DNA from: Chiloscyllium plagiosum
Lineage: Eukaryota
Assembly (NCBI RefSeq): GCF_004010195.1
Contig: NC_057748.1
Span: 331,132-395,131 of the forward strand
DNA: 64,000 bases
Direction of reading: 5' to 3'
Shown here: positions 44,015-56,354 of the stretch, one piece after another
How positions within the stretch are numbered: position 1 is the first letter of the stretch
Layout of the letters: the number at the start of each line of letters is the position of its first letter
Made by a program: the position numbers and the translations under genes
The notes under the pieces: model-generated
What the model was told of the DNA's origin: nothing
Database searches by the model: none
Seen by the model: the letters and a program-made list of their open reading frames with translations, nothing else

Positions 44015-44765
44015 GCCCGGATAGAGTGGACATGGAGAAGATTTTTCCACTATTAGGAGAGACTGGGACGCAAGGGCACAGCCTCAGAGGGAAAGGGAAC
44101 TGAGATGAGGAGAATTTCTTCAGCCAGAGGGTGAGGAATCTGTTGAATTACCGCGCAAGACTGTGGAGGTCAAGTCAGTAAAAACAAGGACTGCAGATGC
44201 TGGAAACCTGAGTCTAGATTAGAGTGGTGCTGGAAAAGCACAAGTAGATAGGTAAAAAGGAAGATAGGCAGGTAGGACAGGTCATGAGGGCGGTGCTGAG
44301 CTGGAAGGTTGGAACTGGGATGAGGTGGGGGAAGGGGAAATGAGGAAACTGGTGAAGTCCACATTGATGCCCTGGGGTTGAAGTGTTCCGAGACGGAAGA
44401 TGAGGCGTTCCATCTTTCTCCCCACCCCCATCCTCTCATTTATCTGTCCACTCTGCAGGCTCCCTGCCTCTTTCCTGATGAAGGGCTTTTGCCCAAAACA
44501 TCGATTTTCCTGCTCCTCGGATGCTGCCTGACCTGCTGAGCTTTTCCAGCACCACTCTGATCTAGACTGTGGAGGTCAAGTCGTTGAGTGCACTTAAGAC
44601 AGATATAGTTAGGATCTTAATTGATTTGGAGTGGGGGTGAGTCAAGGGTTTTGGGGAGAAGGTGGGAGAATGGAGTTGAGAAATCTATCAGCCATGATTG
44701 AATGATGGATCAGACTCGATGGACTGAATGGCCTAATTCTGTTCCTATATCTTATGGTTTTATGA
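44015..44765 (+). mobile_element. CR1 3' end interrupted by a Penelope-derived insert (44177-44563)
   Basis: Perfect 19-bp TSD agactgtggaggtcaagtc (44158-44176 and 44564-44582). The insert has inverted segments and a degenerate family A hammerhead near 44474. Confidence 0.82.
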
Positions 44766-47012
44766 TTTTATGTTAAAGTTGAACCCTGAAAATCCAAGTC
44801 ACAGTCATGAACATAAATCAAGAAACAGGCTACAATTCTTCCAGCTTCTTGTATCCTCCTTTAGTTATCGCAGATGTGGTCAATCCTTCATTCAGTTTCT
44901 TCTGGTACCTTACCAATTTCGAGTGGAGTTAGATTTTCTTATACATTCTCTTTATTAATATTTCTCCCACCCAGCCTCTCTGCTCTTTCATTACAAACTT
45001 TGGCAGCCTCGTTTTTTTCTTGATGTGGAGGAGCCGGTGTTGGACTGGGGTGTACAACGTTAAAAATCACACAACACCAGGTTAAAATCCAACAGGTTTA
45101 TTTGGAAGCACTAGCTTTCGGAGCGCTGCTCCTTTTTCTTGGTGAAGACAAGCCTTTGCTTTTTGTTTCTGCTCCTCATCAGCCCCACGTCTCAGTACTA
45201 GCCCTTCTGAACTTTCACTCTCAGCATAACTCTCACTTTACCATCCAGCTGTCAAACACTCTTGTCTGACACTCTCACTCTCACTCCCCAGATTATCATT
45301 CAGGGCGCTTGTCTTTACCAGAGCCTTGTCTTTCACTGGAGCTGAACTATCTCCTCTCTATCTGCAGACTGTTGTTCCCTTACACCTCTCCATTTACCCA
45401 GAGCCAAACCACAATGGGAGGTCACTGAGAGGTGATAGTTCGGAGGTCACAGCCTGGCTCATCAAGGAATGGTTTTCCCACAAAATGTCAGGTTTTGGGG
45501 GAGTGCTGGAGGGATGATGGCATGCTGACTGCGTACCCAGACTCTCCATGCTGTGTGTAGTTTACAGCTCAGCTCTGGTTAGACCCTCAGACACTCAGGC
45601 TCCTGTGCAACTCCCAGGGAAAGTTTCTCTGCAGATACTTTCACTTTCACTGGACTATCACAGTTTACATTTTCAGATCATTACAGCAGAGTTCCTGCCC
45701 GTTTCTGTTTCTGTTATCTCATATTCCAACCGTGAGGCCATTCCTCGCCAACACTGGGTCCACCTCCACAACCAGCGACCGCTCTGCCCTTCACCGAGCA
45801 GGCAGCCCCCTACCCGTTCCCCTTCTCTCCTTCTCTCGCTTTCCCATCTTTCCATTCCCCCATCCCTCNNNNNNNNNNNNNNNNNNNNNNNNNNNNNNNN
45901 NNNNNNNNNNNNNNNNNNNNNNNNNNNNNNNNNNNNNNNNNNNNNNNNNNNNNNNNNNNNNNNNNNNNNNNNNNNNNNNNNNNNNNNNNNNNNNNNNNNN
46001 NNNNNNNNNNNNNNNNNNNNNNTCTCTCCCCCGCCTTCCCTCTCCCCCACCCTCTGGTCTCGCCGTTCTCTGCTATTCCCACACAAAGCGCTGGAAGTTG
46101 TGCTGGGAAATCTGACAGAAACTCCGCTCCTGGTCGTTGCGTCCGTCAATGATTCGCTCACCCAATGGATTTCCATCTGATCTTCCCTCAAATCCATCCC
46201 TGGACAAAGTAACAAACTCTACCTGCTTTGGAAGTTTGAGAGAATTATGGTTGTTTTGTACAACAGGCTTTGATTCAAGAGAGCATTACTCTGTATCTAA
46301 CCCCGTGCTGACCCTGTCCTGGGTGGGGGTGCTCGATTGGGAGGGGGGGTGGGGGGGTGACAGGAAGCTTTAATCTGTATCTAACCCCGTGCTGTCCCTA
46401 TTCTGGGAGTGTTTGATGGGGGGACAGTGTAGAGGGAGCTTGTTTTTCAGTTCAGAGTGTTTGATGATAAATTTCCATTTTAATTTAAGTATCACAGAAC
46501 TGTGGATGCTGAAACAAAGAAAAAAATTGCTGGAGAAACTCAGCAGGTCTGGCAACTTTCTCTCCACTAGATGCTGCCAGACATGCTCAATTTTTTCAGA
46601 AATTTTTCCTTTTTTGAAGTTTGAGCCTGTTTATGAGCTACATCCTTTACAGATCCTCAAAACAATGAGGGGCCATTCATACCTTACCTCTTCAATTTAT
46701 TATTTAACTGACTCCTAGTTCTGATGGCCTACAGTACTAGTCTGAAGCCTTTGTTTTTGTTAAAAATCACACAACACTAGGTTACAGTCTGGGTTTATTT
46801 GGAAGCACTAGCTTTCGGAGTGCAGCCCCTTCATCAGGTAGCACTTTTTGAATTTAAGTGCAACCCAGGACTTACCCTGAAGAAAATATGGAATAAAAGT
46901 TTATTTCCAGCCTGATATAAACCTGATGGCATATGTATATAATTATTTATTTTGTCTCTACACACCAAGTATCAGTCAGCCATGGTTTCTGCACATTATC
47001 TGCAGTGTCTTT

Positions 47013-48452
47013 TTTTATAGATATTTTTATTGAAAATTTAACATGTTTTTACACGTTTACAAAAGAAAACTAAAAAAAAACCCAAGTATAAACATTGATA
47101 TACAATTAAATCTTAAATAAATAATAACCAAAATCTATCAAACAGAAAAAAAAGAGTGAGCTTTGTTTTTCACACAACTATAAGATTACAGTCTCAACAA
47201 ATGATAATTAAATATATTAATACCAAAAAACAGGGGAGAACAACCCCGCTCCTAAAGACAGAGATAAAATAGGATAAGGTAACCACCTCCCCCCACCTAC
47301 ATTAACTAGACCCCCTGGCCTATATATATATATTAAAAGAAAAGGGGGGGGGGAGAGAAGATCGATAAGTGAAGAATAAATAAATAAACCCTTCTCCCCA
47401 CCCCCTGGAGATAATATTAAACAGTAAGGTAATGTAAGGAAAAAGAAAGGGGGGTAAACTGGGGTGGGGAGAGGGCAAAACAACATCAATTAACTCTTAC
47501 AATTTATCTGAGAGTCCAAAAATTCCTTGGCCTTTTCTGGTGATCCGAAGTTATACAAGGATCCTTCATGGCTGAAGCATAGCGTAGCTGGGTAGCGCAA
47601 GGAATACTGAATGTTTAAGTCCCTTAAACATTTCTTCGCTTCGTCAAACACCTTCCTTTTTCGGACCAAAGCTGGGAAAAAGTCCTGGAATAACATGATC
47701 TTGGATCCTTTATAAATCATGGCTTGGGGATCTTTCCCAAGATTTCTGGAAGCTTCTAAGAGCATCTGCCTCACCTTATAGCTCTGCAGCCGGAACAGGA
47801 CCGGGCGGGGGTGCTGGTTCGAGCCGGGCCTGCATATTGTGACCCGGTAGGCCCATTCTACCCTTACCCGGCCTGATCCAGCCTCCAGATTTAACAGCTG
47901 TGGAAGCCACTGCTTGAGGAACTGTTCGGGAAGGCCCAGCAAGCAAATATTCTCTAAGGTCTGGACTCGCTGTTCGAGAGTTCAGACCTGATCCTCAGCC
48001 GATTCTGTTATAGTCTCAGAGCTCGCGGCCTTTAGCTCCGCCCCTCCGACTCGGCGCTCGATTTCCTCGATGTCTCAGTCGTACTTTTGTAGCGCGGCCA
48101 AGAGTGAATTCCATCGGCTTCGGGATTCTTTAATGAAGGTGCCGATCTTCGCATCGAGTTTGGAGATTATTTCCGCGAGGCTCGCCACCGTAAGTAAGTC
48201 CCCCAGAGCGTCAGCTGGGGAGGGTGGGGGAGGGGCTCCTGCCTGCTGAGAGCTGCGGGCTCCTTTCCCCCTAGTCATTTTTACAGGAGATGAGACTGTT
48301 TAAATTTAGTACTGAGCAACTAATTATATTAAATAAAAACTATTTTAAATGATTTGGTGAGTGTGGTGGAGGCAGGTGGCCCACTTTGCCCAAGTCTTGG
48401 GAGGAGCACTATAGACTCAGACTTACTGAGTCACCGCCATCTTGGATCTCCC
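47013..48452 (-). mobile_element. Full-length ORF1-only L1 derivative (HAL1/half-L1-like)
   Basis: 13-bp TSD ctgcagtgtcttt (47000-47012 and 48453-48465). The 5' end is GGGAGATCCAAGATGGCG. A frameshifted L1 ORF1p follows (RPVLFRLQSYKVRQMLLEASR..IYKGSKIMLFQDF..LRYPATL), then AATAAA and an A-tail. There is no ORF2. Confidence 0.82.
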
Positions 48453-48597
48453 CTGCAGTGTCTTTAAATCCAGGTTTGAGCCTGCAAATCACTGACAGTC
48501 CATCAAATGGCTCTCTCTGAGTTGGGGTCGAACTTGATTCTCTTCAGCTGAGAGAACCCAGTCTCAAAGACATATATGGAGCAAAGGTACTCTTCCA

Positions 48598-49535
48598 CTC
48601 ATAAAGTCACAGAGATGTACAGCACGGAAACAGACCTTCAGTCCACCTCATCCATGTTGACCAAATATCCCAACCCAATATAGTCCCATTTGCCAGCACT
48701 TGGCCCATATCCCTCCAAACCCTTCCTATTCATATATCCATCCAGATGCCTTTTAAATGCTGTAATTATTTCGGCCTCCACCACTTCCTCTGGCAGCTCA
48801 TTCCATATACGTACCACCCTCTGTGTGAAAATTTGCCCCTTAGGTCTTTTTAAATCTTTTCCCTCTCATCTTAAACCTATGCCCTCTAGTTCTGGACTCC
48901 CACACCCCAGCAAAAAAAGATTTTGTCTATTACCCATCCATGCCCCTCATGATTTTATAAATCTCTATAAGGTCACCCCTCAGCCTCTGATGCTCCAGGG
49001 AAAACAGCCCCAGCCTATTCAGCCTCTCCCTATAGCTCGAACCCCTCAAACCCTGGCAACATCCTTGTAAATGTTTTCTGAACAATTTCAAGTTTCACAA
49101 TATTCTTTCCATAGTAGGGAGACCAGAATTTCATGTAGTATTGGGAAAGTGGCCTAAGCAATGTCACAACTCCTGTACTCAATACTCTGACCAATAAAGG
49201 AAAGCATATCAAACACCCTCACTACCCTATCTACCTGCGACTCCACTTTCAAGGAGCTATGAACCTGCACTCCAAGGTCTCTTTGTTCAGCAACACTCCC
49301 TAGGACCTTACCATTTAAGTGTATAAGTCCTGTTCTGATATGCTTTTCCAAAATGCAGCACCTCGCATTTATCTGAATTAAACTCTATCTGCCATTCCTC
49401 GGCCCATTGGCCCATCTGATGAAGATCCCATTGTACTCTGGGGTAACCCTCTTCACTGTCCACTACACTCCAATTTTAGTGTCATGCAAATTTACTAACT
49501 ATACCTCCTATCTTCACATTCAAATCATTTATATC
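48598..49535 (-). mobile_element. CR1/HER1-type LINE 3' portion
   Basis: Peptides [33 protein letters not shown] and FWSPYYGKNIVKLEIVQKTFTRMLPG. Confidence 0.88.
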
Positions 49536-49538
49536 AAA

Positions 49539-49574
49539 GTTAACGTTTCAAATCCAGTGACCCATCCTCAGAAC
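49539..49574 (-). ncRNA. Minimal hammerhead-like motif, family D
   Basis: Minus strand reads gtt-CTGAGGA-T-GGGTC-ACTG-GATTT-GAAA-CG-TT-aac. Degraded relatives occur near 35308 and 55018. Confidence 0.45.
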
Positions 49575-49719
49575 ATGTGCTGAGCTTTTTCAGCAACTTC
49601 TGTTTTTGTTTCTGATTTACAGTGTCTGTAGTTCTTTCGGTTTACATTCAACGTAAATATACTCACAGCGCTGACCATATATTCAACGTAAATATACTCA
49701 CAGCGCTGATCATATATCG

Positions 49720-50535
49720 TTCAGTCTATGCCGTTTCCTTGCAGTTTATGTTTCCATTTGCTCCGTTTTAATGATTTTTTTTGTGTGAGAAACCCAAAGT
49801 GAAGAAACGTGCTTTGTCCAACAGCAGACTGCACACGCCATTCCTGGATTTAGGAACAATAATTTCAGTTGTCAGATCTAGTATCATTATAGGAGCCTCT
49901 CTCCACATCAACCTGAGCGATTCAATGACCATCGGCAACCCTGAGTTTGTCGAGTTAGGATCTGAACAAGTGGTGCTGAAAGGCTCTTGCTTTATTGAGT
50001 TTATAATCTTAACAAGAACTTTCATCATAAATAACTTTACTCACTGATGCTTGCTGCTGAATTATGATTATAACAACTGACGAAAGAATGAAAATCGGAA
50101 CATTTCTGCAAATGTGACAAAGCTCAAATCTATACCAAACCTGGCTGGTGTCCCACTGTTGTGCTGGACGCTAGTCTCTTGTTTGGAATGCTATCTGCAA
50201 ATGATTCTTGTATTTTGTCAGAAGCTGGCGATCGTGAAATGATGTTTGAGTTCAAGTCTTACACATTGCTGCTGCTGTAGAAAAACAATGACTGTTGGGT
50301 TTTCAAAACGGCCCTCAGCTTTTCAGCTTCTTTTATCTGATTCATTGCTGTGTGGTATTCCAAATTCCCCTTTTTTACATGTCAGTATACGTTGGTGACG
50401 TATAATGCAAATGCTCTTTTATCTTTTATAGTTGTAAACAGAAATTTCCCATTCCATGTTGAAGTTGTATAGTTCTGTTTCTTTTTAGATTCTCCAGTTT
50501 CATCCTTCATTGTTATTGTTTCACTCTGTATTTTG
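49720..50535 (-). mobile_element. Decayed hAT (Charlie/SPIN-like) transposase remnant
   Basis: Frameshifted minus-strand peptides FLFTTIKDK..KKGNLEYH, EAEKLRAVLKTQQSLF, and VKIINSI..ARAFQHHLFR resemble the GTF2IRD2/EPM2AIP1/Charlie transposase group. Judged by eye only. Confidence 0.45.
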
Positions 50536-50538
50536 TGC

Positions 50539-51022
50539 TGTCACTCTGCAACTGGTCACTCTGCAGCTGGTCACTCAGCAGCTGGTCACTCAGCAGCTGG
50601 TCACTGCTGATCACTCTATAGCTGGTTGATACTGGTCACTCTACAGCTGGTCACTGCTGGTCACTCTGCAACTGGTCACTCAGCAGCTGGTCATGATGGT
50701 CACTCTACAGCTGGTCACCGCTGGTCACTCTGTAGCTGGTCACTCTGCAGATGGTCACTGCTGGTCACTGCAACTGGTCACTCAGCAGCTGGTCATGATG
50801 GTCACTCTGCAGCTGGTCACTCAGCAGCTGGTCACTGCTTGTCACTCTATAGCTGGTTGATGCTGGTCACTCTACAGCTGGTCACTCTACAGCTGGTCAC
50901 TGCTGGTCACTCTATAGCTAGTCACTCTGCAGCTGGTCACTGCAGCTGGTCACTGCTGGTCACTCTGCAGCTGGTTGATGCTGGTCACCCTACAGCTGGT
51001 CACTGGTGGTCACTCTGCAGGT
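50539..51022 (+). repeat. 15-bp minisatellite (GTCACTCTGCAGCTG) with 10-bp variants
   Basis: More than 30 degenerate tandem units. Confidence 0.92.
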
Positions 51023-51694
51023 CAGCCTCTGGACCCTTGCCTCTGGATTGTCTGGAATATTGCAGGTGGAGGCACGGGAGGTCATTGCTGTGTATTGTGG
51101 TCTATTTCCAGGGCTCCTGGTCAGATTGTATTGTTGGACATTGGATGTGGGATACAGCAATATTTGCTGGACAGACTATACTTCACCCAGCTTANNNNNN
51201 NNNNNNNNNNNNNNNNNNNNNNNNNNNNNNNNNNNNNNNNNNNNNNNNNNNNNNNNNNNNNNNNNNNNNNNNNNNNNNNNNNNNNNNNNNNNNNNNNNNN
51301 NNNNNNNNNNNNNNNNNNNNNNNNNNNNNNNNNNNNNNNNNNNNNNNNNNNNNNNNNNNNNNNNNNNNNNNNNNNNNNNNNNNNNNNNNNNNNNNNNNNN
51401 NNNNNNNNNNNNNNNNNNNNNNNNNNNNNNNNNNNNNNNNNNNNNNNNNNNNNNNNNNNNNNNNNNNNNNNNNNNNNNNNNNNNNNNNNNNNNNNNNNNN
51501 NNNNNNNNNNNNNNNNNNNNNNNNNNNNNNNNNNNNNNNNNNNNNNNNNNNNNNNNNNNNNNNNNNNNNNNNNNNNNNNNNNNNNNNNNNNNNNNNNNNN
51601 NNNNNNNNNNNNNNNNNNNNNNNNNNNNNNNNNNNNNNNNNNNNNNNNNNNNNNNNNNNNNNNNNNNNNNNNNNNNNNNNNNNNNNNNNNNNNN

Positions 51695-53342
51695 GGAATT
51701 GACAGTGCACGATGGGGAACATGGAATCGGCAGTGTGGCATGGAGAACATGGAATGGGCAGTGTGGCATGGAGAATACGGAATGGACAGTGTGCCATAGG
51801 GAACACGGAATGGACAGGGTTCCATGGAGAACACGGAATGGACATTGTTTCACGGGGAACACGGAATGGACAGTGCACCATGGGGAACATGGAATGGACT
51901 GTGTTCCATGGCGAACATGGAATGGACAATGTTCCATGGGGAACATGGAATGGATAGTGTGCCATGGAGAACACGGAATGGACAGTGTGCCATGGGGAAC
52001 ACGGAATGGATAGTGTGGCATGGAGAACATGGAATGGATAGTGTGGCATGGGGAACATGGAATGAACAGTGTGCCATGGGGAACACTGAATGGACAGTGT
52101 GCCATGGGGAACATGGAATGGATAGTATGCCATGGGGAACACAGAATGGACAGTGTGCCATGGGGAACACGGAATGGATAGTGTGCCATGGGGAACACAG
52201 AACGGACAGTGTGCCATGGGGAACACAGAATGGACAGTGTGCCATGGGGAACATGGAAGGGACAGTGTGCCATGGGGAACACGGAATGGATAGTGCACCA
52301 TGGGGAGCACGGAATGGACAGTGTTCCATGGGGTACATGGAATGGATAGTGTGCCTTGGGGAACATGGAATGTATAGTGTGCCATTGGGTACATGGAATG
52401 GACAGTGTGGCATGGAGAACATGGAATGGACAGTGTTGCATGGAGAACACGGAATGGATTGTGTGCCATGGGGAACATGGAATGGACAGTGTGGCATGCA
52501 GAACATGGAATGGACAGCGTGCCATGGTGAACACGGAATGGAGAGCGTGGCATGGAGAACATGGAATGGACAGTGCACCATGGGGAACATGGAATGGGCA
52601 GCGTGGCATGGGGAACATGGAATTGACAGTGCACGATGGGGAACATGGAATGGGCAGTGTGGCATGGAGAACATGGAATGGGCAGTGTGGCATGGAGAAT
52701 ACGGGATGGACAGTGTGGCATGGGGAACAAGGAATGGATAGTGTGGCATGGAGAACATGGAATTGACAGTGTGGTATGAGGAACATGGAGTGGACAGTGT
52801 GGCATGGAGAACACGGAATGGATAGTGTTCCATGGGGAACATGGAAGGGACAGGGTTCAATGGGGAACATGGAATGGACAGTGGGGCATGGGGAACACGG
52901 AATGGAGAGCGTGGCATGGAGAACATGGAATGGACAGTGGGGCATGGGAACACAGAATGGAGAGCGTGGCATGGAGAACATGGAATGGACAGTGTGGCAT
53001 GGAGAACAGGGAATGGATAGTGTGCCATGGAGAACACGGAATGGACAGTGTGGCATGGTGAACACGGAATGGATAGTGTGGCATGGGGAACATGGAATGG
53101 ATAGCGTGTCATGGGGAACATGGAATGGACAGTGTGGCATGGAGAACCTGGAATGGGCAGTGTGGCATGGAGAACCCGAGCGTGGCATGGTGAACATGGA
53201 ATGGACAGTGTGCCATGGGGACCATGGAATGGACAGTGTGGCATGGAGAACCCAGAATGGACAATGTGCGATGGGGAACATGGAATGGACAGTGCACCGT
53301 GGCGAACATGGAATGGAGAGTGTGGCATGGAGAACATGGATG
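51695..53342 (+). repeat. 28-bp minisatellite (CAGTGTGGCATGGAGAACATGGAATGGA), ~58 copies, extends into the gap
   Basis: Regular 28-bp period; it generates the long repetitive pseudo-ORFs on both strands. Confidence 0.95.
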
Positions 53343-53454
53343 GCCAATCAAGATTTAAGTGTAGACTTGAGAAAAACTCTATTTCTCTTCAAATAGTGTC
53401 CTGGGATGGTTTACATTCACCTGATGACTAGAACCGTTCCTTAGGTTAGCTTCT

Positions 53455-53755
53455 AGCTCTTTAGTTCATAGCTTTAAATTGAGGGGCGATCGATATAGGA
53501 CAGATGTCCGAGGTAGTTTCTTTATTCAGAGATTAGTAGGGGGCATGGAATGCACTGCCTGCAATACTAGTAGACCCGCCAACTTTAAGGGCATTTAAGG
53601 GTCATTGGATAGCTATATCGAGTTGAATCGACTCCCTAGAGTGTGGAAATATGGATGAGAATGGAATAGTGTAGTGTAGGACAGATTGGTTTCACAGGTT
53701 GGCACAATATCGAGGGCTGAAGACCTGTAAGGTACTATGTTCTCTGTTCTTTGTT
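53455..53755 (+). mobile_element. CR1 3' end fragment
   Basis: catagctttaaattgaggggcgat...gaggtagtttctttattcagaga, continuing to a CR1-type tail. Confidence 0.7.
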
Positions 53756-54716
53756 CTCATTCAAGAGCCAGTTACTCCAAAAATTGGTATCAGCTTGGAC
53801 TTTCTTGTTCAGGCCACTGGGGAGTTGCATAAGAACTGTGAGTTGGATGAGGCCATTCAGCCCCTCTGAGCCTGCTCTGCCATTCAGTACAATCATGGAT
53901 AGATGATCTTATATGGCTTTAGCTCCACTTTCCTGCTTGCCTCTTCCACAGCCCTTGACTTCTTTGTGGATTGGAAATCTGTCTAACTCAGCCTTGAGTA
54001 TATTCAAATATCCCATGAACTTCTGTTTCATATGTAGCACTGCATTTGAGCAAAGTTGGCCTGAAATTGTAACTGGGAAGAGATCCATCAGCATCTTCCA
54101 TCACTCCTGAAAGAAAGTAAGTGTGAACTGTGAGGATTAGCAAGGAATAGTTAACATCAAAATGTCTGATATCCTGGGAGTTGATTTTTAAAACAGAAAG
54201 GTACTGTACCAGAGAAATGTGGGTGTATCCTGTGCTTTGATTATAGCAACGAGATGCTTATCAATGAGCTGAGTGGGCTGTGCAAACCAATAAATCCACC
54301 TGAATGAATGAATGAGACATCAGGATTTGGGGAGGTTTGTAAAACATCGATGGTAGTTTTGAGGAAATTGGGAAGGATTCTGACAGATTGTAAACAGGAT
54401 TGTGATAGCCCACATAGGTTCTGATAAGCCAGACTTTATTTGATCAAAAGAGCTTTGTTTTGAAGTGGAAATTACATCACAGATTTATGGGAGAAGCTAT
54501 CCTGTTGGCTCACCATGACTGTTCAAGGATTTCAATGAAAGCAATAACTAAAACAGGAACATGAAAGGGAGAAAATAGAGGAGAGGGTAAAGGAACTAGG
54601 CCACATGAATAATGTCCCAGATCCTGGTATCAATAAACCCCTCTCTTAACCTTGAAATGAGGTGATTACGCTAGTAGAGGGCACATGACCGGAGAGAGCT
54701 TGCTTTCAAAGGAGAG

Positions 54717-54877
54717 AATGAGGACTTCAGATGCTGGGGATCAGAGCTTAAAAATGTGTTGCTGGAAAAGTGCAGCAGGTCGGGCAGCATCAAAGGCGAA
54801 GGAGAGTTGACGTAGAAGGGCTTATGCCCGAAACGTCGATTCTCCTTCTCCTTTGATGCTGCCCGACCTGCTGCCCT
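54717..54877. mobile_element. Fold-back Penelope-derived insert (family A)
   Basis: TSD tttcaaaggagag (54704-54716 and 54878-54890), inverted arms, and a 5'-truncated hammerhead core. Confidence 0.78.
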
Positions 54878-55598
54878 TTTCAAAGGAGAGAGCCAATGTC
54901 TTACAAAGACAGAGTGAAAGCAAAATTCTGCAGATGCTAGAAATCTGGGAAAGAAAATGCCAGAAACTCCCTGCAAGTCTTGCAGCAGCTATGGGCAGAG
55001 AACTGTTTCATATCAGTTCTGATGAAAGGTGCCAGATCTGAAAAGTTAACTCTGTTTCTCTCTCTATCCACTGACAGTGCCTGACTACTTAATGGTGTGA
55101 GTATCTTCTGTTTATATTTCTTTCAGAGAGAGAGTTTGTACCTGAGCTAATCATGAGCAGTTGAAGATGAATTTGGGTTTTACCAGGAGCAGTTTTGGGG
55201 CCATGACTTCTTCAAGTGCATTTAAAAAACAAGTGAATGATGTACATGTAGGGTAAGACCAAATGAGCCAACAGCTTTTTGTCATCCAAACCTATCTGTT
55301 GGTTGATTATGCTGAGGCAATGAAGGTCTAGATCAAAGAGATCAGGCATTGAGATGACTTGATGTTCAACCTTAGAATTTTAGGCAAAACACTAAAAACA
55401 GTATTTTGCTAATATCACTAGACTATTAATCCAGAGACTCAGGTTCAATTCCCACCACAGCAGATGGTGAAGTTCAAATTCAATAAACATTTGGAATTAA
55501 GAGTTTAATGATGGCCATGCAATCATTGTCAATTGTTGGAAAACCCCACCTGGTTCACTAATGTCCTTTAGGAAAGGAAGCTGTCATCCTTACCTGGT

Positions 55599-55699
55599 TA
55601 AAAGTCACACAACACCAGGTTATAGTCCAACAGGTTTAATTGGAAGCACACTAGCTTTCGGAGCGACGCTCCTTCATCAGCTGATAGTGCATCTCCAAA
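55599..55699 (-). mobile_element. Short Penelope-derived insert (family B) with hammerhead motif
   Basis: 15-bp TSD with one mismatch, tcatcctYacctggt (55584-55598 and 55700-55714). Minus strand reads CTGATGA-A-GGAGC-GTC-GCTCC-GAAA-GC-TA. Similar copies lie at 45025-45135 and 46760-46840. Confidence 0.75.
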
Positions 55700-56104
55700 T
55701 CATCCTCACCTGGTGTGGCTTACACATGACTCACACCCACAGCACTGTGGGTGACGTTTAGCAGCCCTCTGGACAATTAGGGAAGGGCAATAAACGCTGG
55801 CTTTGTCAGAGACACCCACATCCTATGAACAAATTAAAAAATCCTACTGAAAATGCACACAAAAGTGAGACAGTTCCTTAGCAATGATTCAATGCATAAT
55901 GGAAACTTTCAGGTTCTTTCAACTTTTTCCGTTGCTTCCCGTACAAATACAGCAACTGGCAATTTTCTCTCTCTGCAGTATCATGAGGTGCTTTAATATA
56001 GTGAATGTGCTGCCTCGCCTAATTCTCACTCCCTAAAGTTGTGATCAATTGCAGCTTCAGGTTGACAAGCACTAAGCATGAACCCTGACATTATCACTTC
56101 CTGG

Positions 56105-56294
56105 AGAAAGTGAGGACTGCAGATGCTGGAGATCAGAGCTGAAAATGTGTTGCTGGAAAAGCGCAGCAGGTCAGGCAGCATCCAAGGAGCAGCATCACGT
56201 TTTCTGAAGAAGGGCTCATGCCCGAAACGTCGATTCTCCTGCTCCTTGGATGCTGCCTGACCTGCTGCGCTTTTCCAGCAACACATTTTCAGCT
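56105..56294. mobile_element. 190-bp fold-back Penelope-derived insert with apical hammerhead motif
   Basis: Perfect 15-bp TSD attatcacttcctgg (56090-56104 and 56295-56309). ~55-bp inverted arms enclose CTGAAGA-A-GGGC-TCAT-GCCC-GAAA-CGTC. Confidence 0.88.
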
Positions 56295-56354
56295 ATTATC
56301 ACTTCCTGGCCCAGGTTATCCCCATGAGTTTGCATGGCATATTCTTTTGTAGCC

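Noticed and set aside
50626-52013. ORFs with GHSAA / VTLQL repeats
   Set aside because: They are products of the 15-bp tandem repeat and the adjacent gap.
51176-53431. Very long Cys/His/Pro-rich or Trp/Gly/Met-rich ORFs (up to 723 aa) on both strands
   Set aside because: They are translations of a stop-poor 28-bp minisatellite plus an N-gap, open in many frames at once.
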